From positions 69,632,862-69,696,861 of the forward strand of contig CM074511.1 of NCBI GenBank assembly GCA_037379345.1: DNA of 64,000 nucleotides. The letters are read 5' to 3'. Shown one piece after another: positions 53,684 through 64,000 of the stretch; the stretch's first letter is position 1; each line of letters starts with the position of its first letter. This DNA comes from Perna viridis (taxonomy: Eukaryota). The position numbers were made by a program, and so were the translations under genes. Below the pieces are notes generated by a model, which had not been told where the DNA came from, did no database searches, and was given only the letters and a program-made list of their open reading frames with translations.

Positions 53684-54339
53684 AACTGCTTACAAACAAT
53701 CTTTATTAAGAACTCTAATATTGGAGCATATTGCACCTGTAGTGACTTCTGTTTGGTGCATCATGCTCTACTGTTTGGTTGTTCTTAAGTCATGTGTACA
53801 AATTCTAGAGTGAATTGAAATGTACACTGAAAATGTATTTCATCGAAGAATTATTATATTATTATGTAATGTTGGTCCATTGCACTTTGTGCTCTAGGTA
53901 TACTAAAATACTAAAAGAACGCATATTTGAGTTTTGGTTAAAAGATCTAAAGATAATTTTGCTGTTTCCATCAATTTTCATCGAAAATATAATTAGATTT
54001 CAGTTTGAATATTTTAATAAGGTATGAATTTAAATGTGTGTTAACAAATTTTCTGATGGACACATCCGGCAGTAGATGTAAATTAATCGCATCTGTCTTG
54101 ATTTATGATGTGCGTAGTTTCAAATGTTTTGTTTGTTATCAATTAAATTCCCTTTTTTTATTGACCTGATTTTTAAGAGACCATAGTGGTATGTCATTCA
54201 GGTTTGTGAGATTTCCCATTGTATTTCATTACATCTCAGGTAATTAATCTAATTAGAATTGTTCTCTGTTTAAAGTACTTTACAAGTTTGTTCGTATGAT
54301 GCAAAAAGTTATTTCCTCTGATGCTTTCATGGCTCAATG

Positions 54340-54860
54340 GACAAGGGAAGCCTATCCAACTCCTTACTTAGCTTTCTTGTCTCATTATGCATGGCCAACC
54401 TATCCTTCCCTTACTTAGCTTTCTTGTCTCATCAGGCATAGCAACCTTCTGTCCACTGAATTTGCTTTCCTGTCTCAATAAAAAAAGGGTAACCTAATAC
54501 CCCTTTACTTTGTATACTTTCTTCAATGAACAAGGAAAACCCTTCTCCACTTAATTCCCCTAACTACCAGACAAGGGTAACCCTTCTCCACTTAATTCCC
54601 CTACCTACCATACAAGGAAAACCTTTCTCCACTTAATTCCCCTACCTACCTGACAAGGACAGCCTGTTCTCCACTTAATTCGTATACTTGCCTCAATGGG
54701 CTAGGCAATCTATAGTCCCCATAATACGCCTACTGGTACTTGCCTTAATAGACAAGAAAAGTCTATTCTCCACTTAATTTGCCTACTTGCCTTAATAGAC
54801 AAGGACAACCTATTCTACACTTAAATCTCTTACTTTCCCTAATAGGCAAGGCCAGTCTAA
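54340..54860. repeat. Degenerate ~40-45-bp minisatellite
   Basis: Recurring acaagg..aacc..ttctccacttaatt. Confidence 0.7.
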
Positions 54861-55019
54861 TCTCCCAGTTGGCCTAAGTTAATATAGTTGACATTTTTGG
54901 CTTGTTTTTCATTTCTCTGTATTTTTTTTTTTCGTTTTAGATTTGAAGAAAGTAACAAAAATTGTACTTAAATCTACGATTAACTATGTTTAACTGACCA
55001 TTCTCAGCATTCAACAAAT

Positions 55020-55113
55020 TTAAGATACTTGGAATGTACAGGTTACCGTGTTAAGATACTTGGAATGTACAGGTTACCATGTTAAGATACTTGGAATGTA
55101 CAGGTTACTGTGT
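55020..55113. repeat. 31-bp tandem repeat x3
   Basis: Unit ttaagatacttggaatgtacaggttaccgtg. Confidence 0.9.
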
Positions 55114-55616
55114 TATTTGTTTGGTATAGACAATTATTTGCCATCAACAAGGCAATACCACTTTTGTATTTGTAAATATCGAAAAAAAAATAGAGAGAAA
55201 AAAAAACAATAAATCATAGAAAGATAAAATAGTTACCATTAGGTATAGTGACAGAAAGTTTCTTGTTTAAAACTGGGCATGGCTCTGTCAACAAGACAAC
55301 CATATGTCAGATGAGCATCATCATAAATTAGACATGTGTGCTGTGAAATGCTAATCTCTGTAAAAGCATTGACCTTTTATACAGAGGATGTTTAGGTTAT
55401 GTAGACATTATGTGTATCCTCCTAAGACACTTTGCCTGAAGACTTTAAGTCTAGTTGTATTTATTACCTTGGCTTCTCAATTGAATAAAATTGTAAGTAG
55501 ACAATAAAATAGAATATTTACGTCAGCTGTGACCTAATATAACAATCTTTATATGTGCTGGCTTCATAAAAGTATACTTAAGGGTAAATATCTACTATCT
55601 GTATTGATCTGTCTTA

Positions 55617-55920
55617 GGTCTGGAATGGCCACAATTCTTTGTCTATAGGTCCGACAGACAGCTCTGTTAAATGGTCTGGAATTGCAACAATTCTTGTCTA
55701 TTGGTCTGACAGACAGCTCTGTTAAATGGTCTGGAATGGCAACAATTCTTTGTCTATAGGTCTGGCATACAGCTCTGTTAAATGGTCTGGAATGGCCACA
55801 ATTCTTGTCTATAGGTCTGACAGACAGCTCTGTTAAATGGTCTGGAATGGCCACAATTCTTTGTCTATAGGTCTGACAGACAGCTCTGTTAAATGGTCTG
55901 GAATGGCCACAAGGTCTGAC
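55617..55920. repeat. 55-56-bp minisatellite, about 5 copies
   Basis: Unit ggtctggaatggccacaattctttgtctataggtctgacagacagctctgttaaat. Confidence 0.9.
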
Positions 55921-55960
55921 TAATCTGTTGAAAAAATTATAATGATATTGAATGGATTCA

Positions 55961-57875
55961 TTTATTTGTCTGTAGGTTCCGGTGAAGACACAAAATCTAG
56001 GATCTTGACTTGTTTTTTTCTGTCTGTAGGTTCTAGTGAAGACACAAACTCTAGGATCTTGGCTTGTTTGATCTGTCTGTAGGTTCTTGACTTGTTATAT
56101 CTGTCTGTAGGTTCTGGTGAAGACACAAACTCTAGGATCTTGACTGTTTTATCTGTCTGTAGGTTCTGGTGAAGACACAAACTCTAGGATCTTGACTGTT
56201 TTATCTGTCTGTAGGTTCTGGTAAAGACACAAACTCTAGGATCTTGACTTGTTTTTTTCTGTCTGTAGGTTCTAGTGAAGACACAAACTCTAGGATCTTG
56301 GCTTGTTTGATCTGTCTGTAGGTTCTTGACTTGTTATATCTGTCTGTAGGTTCTGGTGAAGACACAAACTCTAGGATCTTGACTGTTATATCTGTCTGTA
56401 GGTTCTGGTGAAGACACAAACTCTAGGATCTTGACTGTTTTATCTGTCTGTAGGTTCTGGTGAAGACACAAACTCTAGGATCTTGACTGTTTTATCTGTC
56501 TGTAGGTTCTGGTGAAGACACAAACTCTAGGATCTTGACTGTTTTATCTGTCTGTAGGTTCTGGTAAAGACACAAACTCTAGGATCTTGACTTGTTTTTT
56601 TCTGTCTGTAGGTTCTAGTGAAGACACAAACTCTAGGATCTTGGCTTGTTTTATCTGTCTGTAGGTTCTTGACTTGTTATATCTGTCTGTAGGTTCTGGT
56701 GAAGACGCAAACTCTAGGATCTTGACTGTTATATCTGTCTGTAGGTTCTGGTGAAGACACAAACTCTAGGATCTTGACTGTTTTATCTGTCTGTAGGTTC
56801 TGGTGAAGACACAAACTCTAGGATCTTGACTGTTTTATCTGTCTGTAGGTTCTGGTAAAGACACAAACTCTAGGATCTTGACTTGTTTTTTTCTGTCTGT
56901 AGGTTCTAGTGAAGACACAAACTCTAGGATCTTGGCTTGTTTTATCTGTCTGTAGGTTCTTGACTTGTTATATCTGTCTGTAGGTTCTGGTGAAGACACA
57001 AACTCTAGGATCTTGACTGTTTTATCTGTCTGTAGGTTCTGGTGAAGACACAAACTCTAGGATCTTGATTGTTTTATCTGTCTGTAGGTTCTTGACTTGT
57101 TATATCTGTCTGTAGGTTCTGGTGAAGACACAAACTCTAGGATCTTGACTGTTTTAACTGTCTGTAGGTTCTGGTGAAGACACAAACTCTAGGATCTTGA
57201 CTGTTTTATCTGTCTGTAGGTTCTGGTGAAGACATAAACTCTAGGATCTTGACTGTTTTATCTGTCTGTAGGTTCTGGTGAAGACATAAACTATAGGATC
57301 TTGACTGTTTTATCTGTCTGTAGGTTCTGGTAAAGACACAAAATCTAGGATCTTGACTTGTTTTTTTTCTGTCTGTAGGTTCTAGTGAAGACACAAACTC
57401 TAGGATCTTGGCTTGTTTTATCTGTCTGTAGATTCTTGACTTGTTACATCTGTCTGTAGGTTCTGGTGAAGACACAAACTCTAGGATCTTGACTGTTTTA
57501 TCTGTCTGTAGGTTCTGGTGAAGACATAAACTCTAGGATCTTGACTGTTTTATCTGTCTGTAGGTTCTGGTGAAGACATAAACTCTAGGATCTTGACTGT
57601 TTTATCTGTCTGTAGGTTCTGGTGAAGACATAAACTCTAGGATCTTGACTGTTTTATCTGTCTGTAGGTTCTGGTGAAGACATAAACTCTAGGATCTTGG
57701 CTTGTTTTATCTGTCTGTAGGTTCTTGACTTGTTATATCTGTCTGTAGGTTCTGGTGAAGACACAAACTCTAGGATCTTGACTGTTTTATCTGTCTGTAG
57801 GTTCTGGTGAAGATATAAACTCTAGGATCTTGACTGTTTTATCTGTCTGTAGGTTCTGGTGAAGACATAAACTCT
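55961..57875. repeat. 52-bp satellite array with internally deleted units and higher-order structure
   Basis: Unit tttatctgtctgtaggttctggtgaagacacaaactctaggatcttgactgt; the short variant ctgtctgtaggttcttgacttgttatat recurs periodically. Confidence 0.95.
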
Positions 57876-58485
57876 TTTATTGTTTTTCTCTTTCTCATTA
57901 TCATTTGAATAATGCTATAAATATTGATGTCTGGATCACATTTCTTTTTGACAGAGTTGAAGTGATTATAAGTGCAACCACTTAGTGATTATTTGATAAT
58001 TGACATGTACTACTTAGGTTGTCATTTTAAAGAAAAGTTCAGCATATATCATACATACATTTGTTGGACATTTATGGTGCTCCTACACTTCACTTTGATT
58101 AATTCATTTTATTAAAATGTCATTGCAGTTCTATGTATTGAGTGAGTCATTTGAAATCTTTCATTAATTAGTTAGTTGTAGCATTGGAATATACGCTTAC
58201 TGCATAATAAGATAGATTTTTAACTTTACATTGATGAGTGAACAAACTTATCTGAACCTTCAGGCATGACTTCAATAATTTTCAGAAATAGCAGATCATT
58301 CTCACGTATACAGTTGGTGCAGAAAGTTTCTTCATGCACTGGCTTACTCAAAGTTATTAAGCCCTTAAAGTTTTACTTGGAAGAGTTCAAAATTATGCTG
58401 TATTTCTGATTAGATATTATGATGTTTGTAGCATAGATATGTTTCAGAATGTTGAGTTTGTCCAGGGTTTTCTTGAAACAAGCTA

Positions 58486-58900
58486 GGTTTCTGTGATTGC
58501 ATTACTTGGTTACAAGGGTTTCTGTGATTGTGTTACTTGGATACAAGGGTTTCTGTGACAGCATTAATTTGTTACAAGGGTTTCTGTGATTATGTTACTT
58601 GGTTACAAGAGTTTCTGTGATTGTGTTACTTGGATACAAGGGTTTCTGTGACTGCATTAATTTGTTACAAGGGTTTCTGTGATTGTGTTACTTGGATGCA
58701 AGGGTTTCTGTGACAGCACTAATTTGTTACAAGGGTTTCTGTGATTGTGTTACTTGGTTACAAGGGTTTCTGTGATTGTGAAACTTGGATACAAGGGTTT
58801 CTGTGACAGCACTAATTTGTTACAAGGGTTTCTGTGATTGTGTTACTTGGTTACAAGGGTTTCTGTGATTGTGAAACTTGGATACAAGGGTTTCTGTGAC
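58486..58900. repeat. 31-bp minisatellite, about 13 copies
   Basis: Unit caagggtttctgtgattgtgttacttggtta with a recurring acagca(c/t)taatttgtta variant. Confidence 0.9.
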
Positions 58901-59838
58901 TATTATTCACAAGTGTACTAATTAGTACAATATATGATGAATATGTAGACAGTATTGTATCTTTTGTATATGCAATGTATTTTTTAGATAAGAAACCAAC
59001 TTTATTGAACCCACACCAGAAGAATACACTAGGTATTGTCAAGTGTGCCGTGCTAATAATCAACTCTTGTTTATCCTGCTGTTTTTAACTAACTCATTTT
59101 GCTAACTCGTGTTTTGCTCAAGCATACATACTTCTCCTATTTTGTGGGTATTTGGAAGATAATACAAGTACATAATGTAATGCTTTAAACAAATATGACT
59201 AAAAGATATGATGCCTCATTTACTTTTTCAAATTTAGATATTTTATTTTAATTTAATATTTTGGAAAGTTAGCAAGCTTAAATATCTATCATGACTTTAT
59301 GAACACAAGACTTTTTACTGAGTGACATTTCCATTGCCTACATCTCGTGACTGTGTCAGTCATTCTATCCCATTAAAAGTTCATAATGTTGTAAGTCCAG
59401 TTCCTTGGCCAATGACATTTACATCTTTAAGCTTTAAGCCTCAAAGCTTCAGTGTCATATGATGCAGTGTATTGAGTCACTTCAGTGTTGGTCAATCAAT
59501 CCGGGTCATTCTCTTATCAAAACATTAACATAATATTGGTTTGTAGAACTCATTGATTTGCTCTTATGTACATTAGGTGATTGAACTTCAGTTGTCATTT
59601 GTGTAAAAACTGGATCATTGATTGATTAAATACAATGTAATTGGTCATTATTTTCCTGGTTAGATATTGTAACAAATTATTAAATAGTGAAAGTGGTAAT
59701 TTACATGAGTGACAGGTTGTTTAATGGAATCCTTTTTTGATCTAGGTCCCCTGTATTTCACTAATAGCTATACCTAAGTGTCCAAGTTTGAGCAGACTGA
59801 CTTTTTTATGCTCAAGTTAGAAAGAAAATCAAAACTAT

Positions 59839-60172
59839 GATCTTACATCTCAATGCCATACCTCCAGTAATGAACCTAGAATCTTACATCTCAGTGCCAT
59901 ACCTCCAGTAATGAACCTAGGATCTTACATCTCAGTGCCATACCTCCAGTAATGAACCTAGGATCTTACATCTCAGTGCCATACCTCCAGTAATGAAACT
60001 AGGATCTTACATCTCAGTGCCATACCTCCAGTGATGAAACTAGGATCTTACATCTCAGTGCCATACCTCCAGTAATGATGAAACTAGGATCTTACATCTC
60101 AGTGCCATACCTCCAGTAATGATGAAACTAGGATCTTACATCTCAGTGCCATACCTCCAGTAATGAAACTAG
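59839..60172. repeat. 41-44-bp minisatellite, about 8 copies
   Basis: Unit gatcttacatctcagtgccatacctccagtaatgaacctag. Confidence 0.92.
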
Positions 60173-60991
60173 AACATCTCCTGTCCTTCCCTCTGTCAAC
60201 TTTTATTTAAGAAACGGAGACAATCATTCCATTTTCAGGATAATTTCTCCTTGAGATCCATTAAAATATGCCAATTCTTACTGACTAGCTCTGATTCATT
60301 ATAAGACCAGTTTGGCGTCCTCTTTGATGATTTTCAGTTGTAATTTATTGTTTCAAAAATGTTATTAAAATTTTAATTACATTGTGATTTCTAGGAAAAC
60401 AACGTTTTGCCTGTAGTAGTTACAAATGTCATGTTCTGTTGATTTCTACAGACTGCCACCTAATGAGATGTACACACTCCTTTCTCTGCTATGTTAATGA
60501 AGTTAGCAGAGATTTTACCCGTGATGTTGGGTACAAATCAGAAAGTCAACATATATATAAACATGCAATAAATATTGCAGAATAATTACTGAATGCCAGA
60601 CAGGTGGAAATTTTAATCTAAGAAAATTGCTCAAACAACCTACCTCCAGTTTCAGACATAAATTTTAAGAAAAAAAGGAACAGGGTATGTGCCTCTATTC
60701 TTTCAAGTGTCTTCCAAATTGTACACAAAGTACAAAGTTTTTGGTCAGTGATGAAACTGTTTCTTTTTCAACTCTTGTCCAAGTGGGTTAACCAAGAGCA
60801 TATATACTGGTAGATAGACAGGATCGATCTATTCTATATACCATCATTATTCCTTACTATTAGTGTAACAGTTATATTTGATGTTGTTGAAGATTTTCTT
60901 TGATGTCGAATTGTTTTCTCAGTTTTCGTCTGTTATTTCCTATGTAAGTTAATAAGTACCAAAACATTTGTTGGATGTTATGTAAGTTTGT

Positions 60992-60999
60992 TGACGTCA
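60992..60999. promoter_or_regulatory. Perfect CRE palindrome TGACGTCA
   Basis: Read directly; lies about 0.9 kb upstream of the candidate TATA box at 61922. Confidence 0.4.
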
Positions 61000-61879
61000 G
61001 AGAATAATTAAAACTGTGTTTTCTCTTAGACATGCATTTAAACATAACAATTTGTAAAATAAGATAGATTTCCATACTTCATCATATGCTGTCTATATTT
61101 CCTATCCTACTTGCTCTAACTAAGGTATATATTGTACTACTGAAAACAACTTATTTTTGCAAGCAATTTATTTTTACTAATTTCATCAGTAAGAAAAGAT
61201 TGTGAAAACTAATTACCATGATAATGGTACCTTCATTATGGAAAATTTATGAAACAAAAATAAATACAGTAGATCATTTTCTTTTAGAACAATATTACAG
61301 CAGTAAAATATACAGACTTAGCCATGCACTCATTCATAATCTGTAAATCTTTGTATTCTCTTTTTTTTTTTTTTCTTTTCTTTTTTTTTTTTGCTAATGG
61401 AGGCGTTCTACAACATACATCACACAAAAGACTGATGCCAGTTTGGACTGGATTTAAATCATGAGCCATGAATGTCATCTTCCACAGGAAATAAGTTTCT
61501 AATACTGTATACTTGAGTAGAAAAATATGTGTACTTTAACACAGTAATGTGATTTTAAAAAGAAACACCTATTCCACCAAAGAGTTTTGTTTTTTATATC
61601 CATGGTTCATGACATTAACATTTGATTGATTAGAACTTTTAACATAAAAATTGTAGTAAAAAGTTTGGCCCAGAAACATAGTATCCATATAAACTTGATT
61701 TCATAAGTACAACTCTTTCACTTATTCATGTTTAAATGTGACTGTTCTGTTTATTTCTTTTAACACCATTAGATAGCTATAAAATTCATTACTATAATCA
61801 ATATAAGTAATTGTCACAGTGGTTTTTTACCTTTGAGCTTAAAGCAGGTGAAAGGCCTTAATTACAGAGAACTTCCTTA

Positions 61880-61960
61880 CTGAGCATGCTCAGACTTCTG
61901 CTATAAGTATTATAGTAAACATATAAATCCATTCATACAGTCTGAAGTGATCATTAGGAT
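61880..61960 (+). promoter_or_regulatory. Candidate core promoter: 14-bp palindrome, TATA box, Inr-like element
   Basis: CTGAGCATGCTCAG (61880-61893, perfect palindrome resembling the NRF1 motif), TATAAAT at 61922, and TCATT with its A at 61953, 31 nt after the TATA start. An alternative Inr TCAGTT lies at 61972. Confidence 0.4.
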
Positions 61961-62068
61961 GAATAACACATTCAGTTTAAAACGGATGTTTGTAATACTT
62001 AAAGTTTAAATTACAGTTTTCAAAAATTATAGTGGAAGTGATATTTTGTTATATTTTGTTGCGTCATT

Positions 62069-62156
62069 ATGGTCCTGATGCATTCTGTGATTACTTTATC
62101 AAGTTATATCCATTCTGATGGAATCAATTTCAAAACTCAACTCATTCAGGAATCTT
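62069..62156 (+). CDS. Candidate alternative first exon of a PDE4 isoform lacking UCR1 and UCR2
   Basis: ATG 62069 (in-frame TGA at 62039) encodes MVLMHSVITLSSYIHSDGINFKTQLIQES, then 1 nt and donor GTAAGT at 62157. Phase 1 equals the phase left by exon 50475-50568. Preceded by TATA/Inr-like motifs. Confidence 0.4.
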
Positions 62157-64000
62157 GTAAGTTTTCTTTTTTTATTGTTTCTGTTTGCATGCTTTATCTA
62201 ACAGTAGTTCCCCCCTTTTGATGCAACACATTTTTCTCTATTAAGATATGTATTATGTGGATTTTGTATTAACAAAAAAAAAAGAAAACTTATCAAAAAT
62301 GGGGTTTTTTTTTATTGCTACTTCTTATTCATGCTAAATAATACTGCATGGACTATAAAAAAAGATAAACATAAGCATGTTGACAAACAGTTCTTTTAAA
62401 TTAAGGATGCTGATCTTGCCTTCAAAGTTTTGTTTTTTGGTTTTTGTGGCATAGTAATAAATGATATTTTGTACATTACAAACCCATACTTCTCTCAGAG
62501 TTATTATTGGGCTAAGAATGGTCATGATGGTGCTACTTATACAAATAATTGAATTTACTGACTTCTAGTGTGACAACATAAAATTGTTGTGACAATCACT
62601 ATCATTGGGACTGTCATTGACGCAAGTCTTTATCTCATCTAACAGGTGGACAGTCCTCGAATATTGATTACTGACCCTTAGTTTCACTAAGTACATAATA
62701 TAAAAGGTTTTTTGTTGATTGAAAAGGTTTTTGATTTTGTTTTGTAATGAAAGGAGTAAGTTAACAAAACAGATGTTTTTTAATCTGCGACTTAATTGTA
62801 TACAAACAATTAAGCTTATTTTAAATATAGCTGCTGTGAAATGTGCTTGATACCTCAGATCATGATAGAGAAAAATTGTCAAAAAATGAGCTGAATCCTG
62901 GTCTGTGTATAAATGTTTTTGTTTTCAATAAAATTTCTGCCTACTGCCTCTGTTCACTGAGGACAGATTGATTTAGGAAATAAAGTTTCCATCTGCTTTT
63001 CTTGTCTATCTTTAAACATAAAAATAATTTCATATCAAAAATCTCTCTGGGAGGTTGTTTTCAACCATTTATAATCATAATATTTTTCTTGTAAACAGAA
63101 TGTGATTGTGTACAAAATATTTTCCTGACATGTTTTAGGATAAGATTTGGTGTTTATTTGGCACAGACCATATAGGCAGTGAAGTATGTTCGTTATGAAC
63201 TCTTTTTTTAGGTTTCCCTTTGTGGAAGAAATATGAATATTTATCTGATTACATTAAAACTTGACAACTATATCCAAAGAACTGTAGTTAGATTGGTACA
63301 TCCTTTGATGTTAAAGTGCACATTGTTCTGAACTGTTAATGCGCTTTAAGTTTCCCTAATAATACTGTAATCTCAGGTAGCTACTTGTATTTTGTGAACT
63401 TTTTGTCCTTAAACAAGTAACAACGGTATCATTCAGGTTTCCTTATTCATCATCTTGCTGTACTTAAAATAAAACCTACAACTATTGCAGTTGTAAAATG
63501 TGCAGTTTTCTGATGAGAACATGAATTAGTCATTGTAAAGTTTGATTTTTACTTGACCCAGAGCAGTTGTACTATGTAGGTTTTTTTGTAGAGCTTTTCA
63601 GGTCTAAGTTAGACACTGCTTTACAGGAAGTGGTAAACCAGGTAATCAGTAAGGTGACAATTTTATGACGTGTAGGACATGTAATAGAAGATAGTCTTAC
63701 ATACAGGAAACTATTTAATCCTTGACAGATTATGATTGTTAAACATACCAGTTAAATGTATTATAGCAGAAAGACTTGTTTCATTTAGGATCACATATAC
63801 CCCAACACCTACTGATAATTTGATTGTAATGGTTTATTTTGAGAATTACTAACCTGATTTAATCTTACTACTTAGTATTCCTACCAAATTTTATGTTCCA
63901 TACATGGTCATATCTTTTCTATTTTAATTTAATGACTTTGACATCAAAATCTAAGTATTTTTCTACTCTAATTTTGCTACATAAAAATTAATGACAAACA

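Noticed and set aside
55962-57475. Five near-identical minus-strand ORFs suggesting a tandem gene cluster
   Set aside because: They are products of the higher-order structure of the 52-bp satellite.
50569-64000. Search for the next conserved PDE4 exon (linker 2 and catalytic domain)
   Set aside because: No recognisable PDE catalytic motifs were found by eye; these exons are presumably downstream of the window.

Overview
AT-rich, strongly CpG-depleted animal genomic DNA, not prokaryotic. The repeat families and gene-body CpG loss suggest a mollusc, probably a bivalve (inference). The whole window lies inside one + strand gene, a cAMP-specific phosphodiesterase of the PDE4/dunce family. Five GT-AG exons (1096-1278, 35721-35828, 45780-45853, 49703-49815, 50475-50568) splice in frame to give the regulatory region: FDVENG...[19 protein letters not shown]...[23 protein letters not shown] (UCR1), a linker, then [11 protein letters not shown]...[11 protein letters not shown] (UCR2). 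The long-form first exon and the catalytic exons lie outside the window. The introns (about 34.4, 10.0, 3.8, 0.66 and >13 kb) hold more than 20 distinct minisatellite arrays covering roughly a quarter of the window, plus SINE, MITE and Helitron/Helentron-like fragments. The most interesting signal is a ladder of candidate internal start exons whose phases fit the next conserved exon (about 5.0, 35.6, 44.3, 49.65 and 62.1 kb). Several sit in local CpG-retaining islands, and two perfect CRE palindromes lie upstream of two of them. The best supported (35599) replaces the UCR1 PKA site with its own RRFS site, encoded by the intron's polypyrimidine tract. These isoforms are predictions and need transcript data. 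Repeat boundaries were read by eye and are approximate.
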